From contig CAXXVZ010000005.1 in NCBI GenBank assembly GCA_963678065.2, positions 1,088,001-1,152,000 of the forward strand: a stretch of DNA of 64,000 bases, read 5' to 3'. Under the pieces are notes generated by a model. The model saw only the letters and a list, made by a program, of their open reading frames with translations. It had not been told where the DNA came from and did no database searches. A program made the position numbers and the translations under genes. Shown here one piece after another: positions 1 to 8,644 of the stretch. Source of the DNA: Treponemataceae bacterium. GTDB taxonomy: Bacteria; Spirochaetota; Spirochaetia; Treponematales; Rectinemataceae. Numbering within the stretch: position 1 is the first letter of the stretch; every line of letters begins with the position of its first letter.

Positions 1-935
1 AAAGTCCCTTGAAAATGTTCATCATTCGCCATGCTCGCCCTGTTTTTAACTGTAATCCTGACAAGGTGTTGAGACGGGCCAAATTCTTAACCGACAGATT
101 GTAGGGGTTGCTCAACCAGACATATTTCGAACCTCTGAGTACCGTTTCCATCGTTGATTCTTCTTTCCGCACGTCGTTGACTGCTTCACCCAGAAGCTTC
201 ATGACATGAAACCGATCAAACGTGAGAGCAGCCTGGGGAAGATGCTCTTCGATCCCGGACATGAACGCCGGCGACATATCGGTACAGACCGTCCGTGATA
301 GCAGTTTTCGAGCCTCCATGGGCTTCCAGATGCTCTGTAAAGGCTTTTATAGTGGATGCATCCTTGCCTTCGGTCACATATATGGCTTTCCCTGTATCGA
401 GATCGGCCACAACGGTGATGTATGAGTGTCCGCGTTTGGCTGCTGTTTCGTCGATTCCGATTCGTGTGGTTTTCGATAAATCTTGTGTAGCCACGTCTTC
501 GGAAACATAATGGTCCATAATTCGCCACACTCGCGTATCGGTGGTAGCTGTCAGTCTGGAAACTGCCTTGACGCTCATTTCCTTGACCATGATCATCATG
601 AGGGCTTCGTACAGCAGGGTAAATCCCGATCCTTTACGCGCCCACGGGATATCAATCAGATGAACGCCATGCTCAGGACAGTCTATCCGCGGAACTCGTG
701 CATGCAGATAGGCTTCATGCTGGAAAAAATTGAGGTGACGCCATGTTTTGGGCATCGTATCGTAGGCTGTACCCTTGTAATCGCAGGAAAAACACGGGAA
801 ACGACTCCCGGGCTTGAACCCAAGCTGTATATCAAGCCGATGTTCTGTTGGTTTGAACTCTATGTTCTCAACAATCCAGGGTTCAGATAATCCAAGCGCA
901 AGGGCGAATAGTTCTACGTCTTTCATGCTGCTCAT
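1..935 (-). pseudogene. ISL3 transposase, frameshifted near 291
   Basis: ORF 216..935 loses homology after 'KTAITD'. Removing one G restores 'VCTDMSPAFMSGIEEHLPQAALTFDRFHVMK', the ISL3 DMS/DRFH motifs. Confidence 0.85.
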
Positions 936-979
936 CCTACCATGCTTCCTTGGTTACCCACACGATTCGTTGAAGAGCC
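1..979 (-). mobile_element. ISL3-family insertion sequence (left part; runs off window start)
   Basis: Minus strand begins GGCTCTTCAACGAATCGTGTGG at 979 (ISL3-type GGCTCT terminus), followed by a transposase with CxxC zinc finger, WRHL and GIDET motifs. AT-rich TAAAATAT flank at 980-987. Confidence 0.85.
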
Positions 980-985
980 TAAAAT

Positions 986-2123
986 ATGGCAAAGAAACTG
1001 GGTTTTGGATGTATGAGATTGCCGCTTCTGGACAAGGATGACCAGATGGCAGTCGACATGGAAACTTTCGACAAGCTTGTGGACACTTTTCTGGAAAAAG
1101 GCTTTTCCTATTTCGATACGGCTCTGACCTATCACGGCTTCAGGAGCGAGGAGTTCGTGCGAGAGGCTTTGGTCAAGCGCCATCGCAGAGATGAATTCAC
1201 CCTTGCAACAAAGCTTCCACCCCGGGTCCTGAAGGCCGCGGGGACCAAGAGAGAATATTCGGCGAGCAGCTCGAGAAATGCGGCGTCGAGTTCTTCGATT
1301 ATTACCTTCTTCACAACATCGGGCTCGGCCCCTATCAGCAGGCGCGCAAATATGACATGTTCGGCTTTGTGCAGAGAAAAAAGGAGGAAGGAAAGATCAA
1401 GAATGCCGGCATGTCCTTCCACGATACGCCGGAGCTGCTCGACGAGATACTGACCGCACATTCCGAGCTCGATTTTGTCCAGCTACAGATCAACTACATC
1501 GACTGGGAGAACCCCGGAATCCAGTCCAGAAGGTGCCACGAGGTCGCCAGGAAGCACAACATGCCGATCGTAGTCATGGAGCCCGCAAGGGCGGCAACCT
1601 CGCCCTGGTCCCCGCAAAGGCGGAAGAGCTGATGAAGGCGTACAATCCGGACGCATCCGTTCCGTCGTGGGCCATCAGGTTCGCCGCAAGTCAGGAAGGC
1701 GTCATGATGGTCTTGAGCGGCATGAACACCATGGAGCAGGTCCTCGACAACACTTCGCACATGGCGGACTTCAAGCCGCTCAATGAGGAAGAATACAGGA
1801 TAATTTCCCAAGTTGCCGACATCATCAATGCGGACACCGCGATTCCCTGCACGGCCTGCCAGTACTGCGTCGCCGGCTGCCCGAAGAAGATCGCGATCCC
1901 GGATTACTTCGCCCTCTACAACAGCGCGAAACGCGCTATAACCGACAATATTTCGAGTCAGTTCGTCTACTACCTGAACCTGACATCCACGCACGGCAGG
2001 GCCGGTGACTGCATCGGCTGCAAGAAGTGCGAGCAATCTTGTCCGCAGCATCTGAAGATCACGGAGTTCTTGAAGAATGTATCGGCGGCATTCGATAACG
2101 GGCCGGGATTGCCGACGAAATGA
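986..2123 (+). pseudogene. Aldo/keto reductase with C-terminal 4Fe-4S domain, two frameshifts (~1245, ~1585)
   Basis: LGFGCMRLP, YFDTA, FVQLQINY, MEP-KGG and CTACQYC...CIGCKKCEQSCPQ are spread over three frames (986..1453, 1357..1632, 1533..2123). Confidence 0.85.
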
Positions 2124-2152
2124 TGGGGAAGGTGCAGAAGGAGATGGGAGAA

Positions 2153-2335
2153 ATGGGAAATTTGATCGCCTATTATTCGCGCGAGGGAAACAACTATGTC
2201 GACGGCAGCATCGTGAATCTGCCCATCGGCAACACCGAAGTAGCCGCGAAGATGATCCAGAAACTGACAGACGGCGATACATTCCGAATCGATACCGTGG
2301 AGTACGATTTCTCCGGCAAGACCATCATTCCCTAC
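2153..2335 (+). pseudogene. Flavodoxin remnant (internally deleted and 3'-truncated)
   Basis: 'LIAYYSREG...GNTEVAAKMI...FRIDTV' is joined directly to 'EYDFSGKTIIP'. The GYPxWW segment and C-terminus are missing. Confidence 0.7.
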
Positions 2336-3430
2336 TTAATCCAGCAGATATGTCGCTATGCAGACAGGTGTCGGCACCTCGATTTCTGCAGCCTTGGCAA
2401 GCTTCCCGGACTCTGTATCAATACGGAAAGTTGTTACGTTATCGGAGTTCTGGTTTGCGACAAGCAGGAAGGTGCCGCTCGGATCGATCATAAAATCGCG
2501 AGGCGTCCTGCCTCCGGATGGCTCACATCCGACATCAGTTAAAAAGCCTGTTTCCCTATCGATTCGATAAACGATGATGCTGTCATGACCGCGATTGGAA
2601 GCGTACAGAAATCTACCATCCGGGGAAACCCGAATGGCGGCACACAGATTTACAATGTTGCATGTTTCGGGCAAGGCGGACACAATCTGCAGAATCATGA
2701 ACCGCCCATCGGCAGGCTGATAGCGCAAAACTTCAATGGTAGAATCCAGCTCATTGATCAGGTAACAGAATTTCCCGGAAGGATGAAATGCACAGTGCCG
2801 AGGTCCTGCGCCAGGCTTGATGAATGGCCCAATATTTTCAACGAGGTTCAGAGGTTTGCTCGCATCGCTGTCATACCTGTAGGTCACCAGCTTATCGATG
2901 CCCAAATCGCAGGCGAAGGCGTAACGCTGTTCCGGATCAAAGAACAAAGAATGCACATGAGGGCCGGTCTGGCGGTTTTTATTGATGCTTGTTCCCTGGT
3001 GCTGAATCAACTGCACCGCTTTCCCAAGCCTTCCGTCAGGCACTATTGGTAATACGCTGACACTGCCGCTCGAATAATTCGAGACAAGTACATGACGCCC
3101 TGATCCTGCAACGACGATATGGCAAGGATCCATGCCCTCTGAAGCCTGGCTGTTCAGCTTTTTCAGCAGTCGGGTATTGCGCTCGACAGAAAACGCGGTT
3201 ACCGCTCCCGATGGCTTGCCATTGTATTCCTGAAGCTCGTTGACGCAGTACAAACGCTCGCGCGCCGGATCACAGGCGATATACGATGGATTGGCGACAT
3301 CGGGAACCTTCTGCGTCAATACGAGAGAGCCGGACTCCAGATCCAGAGTGCAGGAATATATTCCCTCACCTTTCCCGCGATAGCTCGGCTCGGTATACGT
3401 TCCTATAAAAACTGCAACATGCTTCCCCAT
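2336..3430 (-). CDS. pgl: 6-phosphogluconolactonase-like beta-propeller lactonase
   Basis: FIGTYT, NPSY, GPHVH, GAGPRH, SNRGHDSI, TPRDF motifs. Confidence 0.88.
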   Translation of the reverse strand: MGKHVAVFIGTYTEPSYRGKGEGIYSCTLDLESGSLVLTQKVPDVANPSYIACDPARERLYCVNELQEYNGKPSGAVTAFSVERNTRLLKKLNSQASEGMDPCHIVVAGSGRHVLVSNYSSGSVSVLPIVPDGRLGKAVQLIQHQGTSINKNRQTGPHVHSLFFDPEQRYAFACDLGIDKLVTYRYDSDASKPLNLVENIGPFIKPGAGPRHCAFHPSGKFCYLINELDSTIEVLRYQPADGRFMILQIVSALPETCNIVNLCAAIRVSPDGRFLYASNRGHDSIIVYRIDRETGFLTDVGCEPSGGRTPRDFMIDPSGTFLLVANQNSDNVTTFRIDTESGKLAKAAEIEVPTPVCIATYLLD

Positions 3431-3501
3431 GAAGCCCCTCCATCAATCGCCGCCCGGCAGACGCTCAGAGAGAATATCTTCCAGCGGAAAAGGCACAAGA
3501 C

Positions 3502-4305
3502 TCAGGTCAGTACTTGTATCCCGGATGACTCGAGATGGCGCCGACAGGGGTCGGGAATGCCCGGGTCTGTCACGATGCCGGCAATGAGGGACAGGTCGGA
3601 ACAGATCGTGGCCGCGTGCGAGACGCCGAACTTCGAGGAGTCGGTGAGAATCCAGGCCTTCGCTCTGCACTCGACGCCGCGTTCCAGAATTGCGCGAGTC
3701 ACTTCTGCCCGCGCGATATCGTTCAACATGAAGCCGCCGGCAATCGTGAATCCGGAAACGCCGATAAAAGCCTTTGAAAATCCGATCGTTCGTATCGACT
3801 CGCAGACACTCGGGCCGACCAGACTTTCGCTTTCCTCCTGGTAGAGACCGCCCAGGACGATCACGCGGACCTTCGAGCCGCGGAACAAGCGGGCGATGAA
3901 AAGGTTGGTGGTTATCACCGTCAGCCCTTGCAGACCCTTAATCCGCTCGGCGAACATGGCGATGGCCGATCCCGCTTCCATGAGTATCGTGTCGCCCGGC
4001 TCGATCAAGGCCGCGGCCCTGAGTGCGATCGCCTGCTTTTCCGCGTAACGCAGGTGCATGCGGAAGGGGATATCGTCCCCTGTGTAGATGCGGGCTTCGC
4101 CGTGGAATCGCCGCACGACGCCCTGACGTTCGAGCTCATCGAGGCTCTTCCGGATCGATACTCCCGAGACATGGAACTCGGTGGCCAGGTCCGCGACCCG
4201 GCAGCTTCCCGCCTTGAACACCGCGTCCCGCACGGCGTTGACTATTTCTTTGTTTCCAAGCTTTCCGCGCGCCCTGGGCTTGCTCTTTTTTTCGCTGGTG
4301 CTCAT
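3502..4305 (-). CDS. DeoR/GlpR-family transcriptional regulator
   Basis: N-terminal HTH (VADLATEFHVSGVSIRKSLDELE) and DeoR sensor domain (EKQAIA, VITTN, DSSKFG). Confidence 0.9.
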   Translation of the reverse strand: MSTSEKKSKPRARGKLGNKEIVNAVRDAVFKAGSCRVADLATEFHVSGVSIRKSLDELERQGVVRRFHGEARIYTGDDIPFRMHLRYAEKQAIALRAAALIEPGDTILMEAGSAIAMFAERIKGLQGLTVITTNLFIARLFRGSKVRVIVLGGLYQEESESLVGPSVCESIRTIGFSKAFIGVSGFTIAGGFMLNDIARAEVTRAILERGVECRAKAWILTDSSKFGVSHAATICSDLSLIAGIVTDPGIPDPCRRHLESSGIQVLT

Positions 4306-4348
4306 TTAACCATCCGGATACGATACTCTGGAAAATGCCTTGGGCATG

Positions 4349-4834
4349 TCAAGCCTCGCGGGGCAGAACCGCCAGATGACGCCGGAGAGCCTCGATTACC
4401 ATGCGATGGTCCTCGTGATCGCGCAGGCCGGAAACAGTCGCCGTCCCCACGACTCCGACGGCGCGGATGCGTATAGGCACAGCCCCACCTGATGGCGCGT
4501 ACTCCGCTTTCGATAATCCATACTCCTCTTCTATCGACTTCCCCTTCTGCTTCAATGTTGTGGCTATATAGAAAGAACTCCTGTGGAAGCGATACACGAC
4601 CCGGTTCTTGCGCGCGATCCATTGATCGTTGTCCGGAGTACTGCCCGGCAGGGCGGCGTGAAACAGAGTCTGGCCATTCACGCTGATGTCTATAGCTATG
4701 GGAAGGGAATCGCGCCTGCCCGAAGCGACGAGGTCCTGGCCTATCTGCCAAGCCTCTTCGAAGCCAAAATGCGCGAACTGGAGTTCTTCGAACTCGGCAT
4801 CGATCTGAGCGATCGCGGCTTCGTAGTCTGTCAT
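4349..4834 (-). CDS. GlcG/HbpS-like haem-degrading domain protein (UPF0303-like)
   Basis: Start MTDYEAA overlaps the upstream stop (ATGA). Motifs WIARK, GGAVPI, VSGL..EDH. Confidence 0.8.
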   Translation of the reverse strand: MTDYEAAIAQIDAEFEELQFAHFGFEEAWQIGQDLVASGRRDSLPIAIDISVNGQTLFHAALPGSTPDNDQWIARKNRVVYRFHRSSFYIATTLKQKGKSIEEEYGLSKAEYAPSGGAVPIRIRAVGVVGTATVSGLRDHEDHRMVIEALRRHLAVLPREA

Positions 4835-5694
4835 GACAGTGCCTTCTCCAGGGCTTTCAGCATGACGTCCTTGTCCGGCTTGAGCCCTGTCCACATCGTG
4901 ATGTTGAGGGCCGCCTGGTTGATCAGCATCTGCATGCCGCTCTGCCACCGCGCGCCGCGCATGTCGGCTTCGTGGAGGAAGGGCGTGAAGGCCGGATTGG
5001 GGATGACATCCTGGACATACATATTCCCGGTGATGGTGTCGTAGTCTATATTCGGCTTGTCGCCGACATTGGGATAGAGGCCGATGGAGGTGGCATTGAC
5101 GAGAATGTCCGTGCCTGCGGGAATCCTGAAGGCATCCACCCAGGGCACATAATCGACAGCTACCTTGGTATTTTCTCTGAGGATTCCTACGAGGCTTTCG
5201 CCCAGGGCCATGTCCTTGGGAATGTTGACGATGGTCAGGTGGCGGGCGCCGGCCAGGGCCAGTTCGACGCATATGGCCCTGGCGGCGCCACCGGCTCCCA
5301 GCACCACCACATCCTTGCCTTTGGGGGCAACGCCCGCGTTTTCCAGGGCGATCATGAAGCCCTGGCCGTCCGTGTTTTCGCCCGTCAGCACTCCGTCGTC
5401 GTTGATGATGGTGTTCACCGCGCCGATCAGCCTGGCGCTCGGCGCCAGTGTGTCGATGTATTTCAGCGCCTCGATCTTGTGCGGGATGGTGCAGTTGATG
5501 CCCCTGAATTTCATGGCCTTCAGGCCGATAATGGCCTCGCCCAGCTTGCCCGGATCGACATCGATGGTCAGGAAGCGCCAGTTCTTCAGCCCCAGATCGC
5601 GGAAGGCGGCTTCCTGTATGACCACGCCGGGATTCTCGGCCGCCGGATGCCCGAAAACGCCGACTAGGTGATCTAAGTAATCTTGCTCGTGCAT
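4831..5694 (-). CDS. aroE: Shikimate/quinate dehydrogenase family protein
   Basis: GINCTIPHK, GAVNT, NTDGQG, LGAGGAARA, NATSIG motifs. Start MHEQDY has a GAGGAG RBS. Confidence 0.8.
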   Translation of the reverse strand: MHEQDYLDHLVGVFGHPAAENPGVVIQEAAFRDLGLKNWRFLTIDVDPGKLGEAIIGLKAMKFRGINCTIPHKIEALKYIDTLAPSARLIGAVNTIINDDGVLTGENTDGQGFMIALENAGVAPKGKDVVVLGAGGAARAICVELALAGARHLTIVNIPKDMALGESLVGILRENTKVAVDYVPWVDAFRIPAGTDILVNATSIGLYPNVGDKPNIDYDTITGNMYVQDVIPNPAFTPFLHEADMRGARWQSGMQMLINQAALNITMWTGLKPDKDVMLKALEKALS

Positions 5695-5753
5695 GCTTTT
5701 CTCCTCTTCGATGCCTCTGGATACATATGCCCGGCTTCGCTGGGCTATGCCGA

Positions 5754-7724
5754 TCAATGGCTGTTGGCAAAGTAAACGGCACCGATGGCCTGGGCAAACT
5801 GGGCGACGGTAAGCTCCGGATGCCGCTCAAGCTCCTTCATCAGGGCGGTATTGGCCATGCCGGTCCCGGCCACAATCAGGGAAATGTCGGGCTTGATGCC
5901 GCGTCCGCCCTCTGCCATCAAATCGAAACAGGTTGGATTCTTGACGAGCCGGCCGAAGAGGAATCGCTCATCCGTGCCCGGATCGAGGATGCGCTTTGTC
6001 TCGAGCAGCGTCACGGCCAGGAATTCGCCTATCTCGCGCCATATCCTGCGGTTCGTATCGTCGTTCTCGCGATCCGGCAGCATCATCATATGCTCGAGGA
6101 AAGGTTTTCGCTGATCGATGGGTTCGGTGGGAACGTACCAGCCCATGGAATCGCCCTCCGGAGTTCCAACGACGCCGCTGGCCGCGCGGCGCACGATATA
6201 TCCCTTGTCCTGCAGCTCGCGGAACAGGTCGGGGCGCTCGGCGGGGAAGTATTTCATGGCGAGCCTGAACACTCCGCTTTGACTGCAGTACTTCTGCAGG
6301 GTACCGGGCAAGCCCGTGTTGAAATTGTTGACGCTCCGCAGATCGTCGGGCTCATACCCCCGCTCCGGCCAGCTCCCGAGGTCGATGATGAAATTGTAGA
6401 CCTCCAGGGGGATATCCGGGATGGCTCCGGTCTCGGTCACCCAGCCAGTGCCGAGCTCGGTGCCAAGCGTGTGGGCGAATACCCCGTTGGCTACCTCATC
6501 GGCTTTGGGCGAAGCTTCGGCATTCCCCGAAGCCACGACTTCGGAGGAGGCCGCAATCTCGACCGCCGCGGTGAACGACGCCATTGGCCCGTCGTTGATG
6601 ATCCGCACGACTCCATCGGGCTTCACTCGGGTCTTGAGCCGCGTGTCGAGCTCGGTGAGTTCGGCGAAATCGGATTCGTAGTCCAGGCCTGGGTTGTTGC
6701 GTATCCCCCGGGTTTTGTACACCTCGCCGCCCACGATCTTGTTTCGGACGACGACATCGGGAAAACACAGGCCGATTCCGTCGAAGAGCAGGGGCCCACC
6801 CCGCCCCTCGCCCGAAGCCTCACCGGAGGCATCGTCGAATCCCTCGACCTTCAGGCTTTCCAGCGCCTTTGAAATCGCGGCATCATCCGCTTTCCTGTCC
6901 ATGGCAGCGGCGATCCGACCGAGTAATTCCTTCCGCCGCTCGTCCGTCATGGGTGTTCGATGGAGCCATAGCCGGGCCTGGAGCAGCCGAGTAAGGAGGA
7001 GAATCGGATCGACCAGCTGGCGGGACCGGAGGAAGCTCGCCGGGAACCAGTCGTATTCCTTGTAGTCGACGACCACGCCATCGTCCACCAGGACAGCCTT
7101 GATGTCCGTTCCCCCGACATCGATGCCGCAGAAGGCTTTGCCCTCGAGGCCGGCGGTGCAGCGCCTGAAGGCGGACAGGCTGTCGCCCTTCGGGCGAGGC
7201 TTCGCCACCAAAGGTGGCGGCTCGATCGCCGGCAGCTGCGACAGCGGGCTGATGTCGAAGCGAAACGGGGGCTCGCCCGGATGGACCGCCGCAATCATCC
7301 GGTCCAGCACGTTGATGGCCCGGCCATAGCCGCTCCGCTGACTGCGGGGCTCATCCACGCAGAATACTTCGTTCAGCCTTTGGGTCAGATCGACAAGCTC
7401 TCGGGAGGCCGGATCCACGAAGATAGTCATGGAGCGGGCGCCCATGCCCGACAGGATGTTGTAGATCTCGGCATGGACATACTCGTGGACGAAATTCCTT
7501 TCCTGAGCGGAACAGCGGCAAAGCCTGGGCAGCTTGAGTTCCCACGCCTTTTCGCCATCGGCGCCGAGGAGCTTGATGACGAGGACCATCCGGTCGCTCT
7601 CTTCTTCCGGGAGCGCGGCGAAGTGCGCGTGGACGCGGCTGATGTAGACCGGCTTCCCGGCCTCGGCGTCGGCGATCATCTCTCGAAGCGCAATGGCCTC
7701 CTTCCCGGCATTCCGTATACTCAT
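5754..7724 (-). CDS. Large ROK/ASKHA-fold protein with N-terminal extension, possible sugar kinase
   Basis: GIDVGGTDIK, IINDG, TLGTELGTG and terminal AIGAV motifs. About 190 aa of unassigned N-terminal sequence. Confidence 0.6.
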   Translation of the reverse strand: MSIRNAGKEAIALREMIADAEAGKPVYISRVHAHFAALPEEESDRMVLVIKLLGADGEKAWELKLPRLCRCSAQERNFVHEYVHAEIYNILSGMGARSMTIFVDPASRELVDLTQRLNEVFCVDEPRSQRSGYGRAINVLDRMIAAVHPGEPPFRFDISPLSQLPAIEPPPLVAKPRPKGDSLSAFRRCTAGLEGKAFCGIDVGGTDIKAVLVDDGVVVDYKEYDWFPASFLRSRQLVDPILLLTRLLQARLWLHRTPMTDERRKELLGRIAAAMDRKADDAAISKALESLKVEGFDDASGEASGEGRGGPLLFDGIGLCFPDVVVRNKIVGGEVYKTRGIRNNPGLDYESDFAELTELDTRLKTRVKPDGVVRIINDGPMASFTAAVEIAASSEVVASGNAEASPKADEVANGVFAHTLGTELGTGWVTETGAIPDIPLEVYNFIIDLGSWPERGYEPDDLRSVNNFNTGLPGTLQKYCSQSGVFRLAMKYFPAERPDLFRELQDKGYIVRRAASGVVGTPEGDSMGWYVPTEPIDQRKPFLEHMMMLPDRENDDTNRRIWREIGEFLAVTLLETKRILDPGTDERFLFGRLVKNPTCFDLMAEGGRGIKPDISLIVAGTGMANTALMKELERHPELTVAQFAQAIGAVYFANSH

Positions 7725-8644
7725 AGTCTATGCTCCCGGACGACCGCCAATCCTTCGGCTTCCAAGATGGCGTTGAGTTCCGACAGCTCCTCCCCGCCCA
7801 GCGGCACCATGTTCTGGAAAAATCCCTGGTCGCGGTTCATGAGCAGGTACTTGCTCTCCGCCAGGGGATTGAAGTTGATGAGTTCGACCCGCCCCCCGGG
7901 GTTACAGCTTCGGACGAACTGGGCGATGGCCCGGATGTTCGCGCTCAGGGCTGTCACCCGCGGGATCAAGGGTATCCTCGTCAGCAGGTCCCGCCTGAGA
8001 CTCGAAAGGCGCCTGTAGTTCTCCCGGATGAGCTCGTTGCCATGACCCGTATATTCCTTGTGCTGTTGCGAATCCGCGAGTTTCAGGTCGACGATGAACA
8101 GATCCGTGACGGGAAGAAATTCTTCCACGATATTCCAGGAACCCTGCAGGCAAGTCTCTATGGCCGTATGCACGCCCGCCGCCTTGCACTGCCGCAGGAT
8201 TTCCACGGCGAACTGGTGCTGGACCAGGGGGTCTCCCCCGGAGATGGTTATTCCCCCGCCCGATTGCGCGTAGAATGGCTGGTCGCGCAGCAGGGTAGCC
8301 ACGACATCTTCGCTCGACAGGCGCTGGCCGTCGAAGGAGAGGGCTGTCGTCGGGCAGGCTTGGACACAGAGGCCGCATTTCGTGCAGCGCTGGCGGTTGA
8401 TCCAGATGAAGGTTTCGCCTTCTTCGTCGGCCCATAAGGCATCGGCAGGGCAGACGCCAAGGCAGGCGCGGCAACGGATGCACTGGCGGGGAAAGTACCA
8501 CAGGTCGACGCTGTTTTCCTCACCCTCCGGATTGTGGCACCAGGCGCAGCGCAGGGCGCAGCCCTTCAGGAAGACCGTGGAGCGTATGCCGGGGCCATCG
8601 TGGATCGTGAAGCGCTTGATGTCGATGATATTCCCGTCCATCAT
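7721..8644 (-). CDS. Glycyl-radical enzyme activating enzyme (radical SAM with ferredoxin insert)
   Basis: HDGPGIR..FLKGCALRCAWCHNPE, two CxxCxxCxxxCP clusters, GGITISGGDP. Confidence 0.93.
   Translation of the reverse strand: MMDGNIIDIKRFTIHDGPGIRSTVFLKGCALRCAWCHNPEGEENSVDLWYFPRQCIRCRACLGVCPADALWADEEGETFIWINRQRCTKCGLCVQACPTTALSFDGQRLSSEDVVATLLRDQPFYAQSGGGITISGGDPLVQHQFAVEILRQCKAAGVHTAIETCLQGSWNIVEEFLPVTDLFIVDLKLADSQQHKEYTGHGNELIRENYRRLSSLRRDLLTRIPLIPRVTALSANIRAIAQFVRSCNPGGRVELINFNPLAESKYLLMNRDQGFFQNMVPLGGEELSELNAILEAEGLAVVREHRL

Noticed and set aside
4349..5830. 493-aa ORF
   Set aside because: The upstream two-thirds overlaps the shikimate dehydrogenase in another frame; the real gene starts at 4834.
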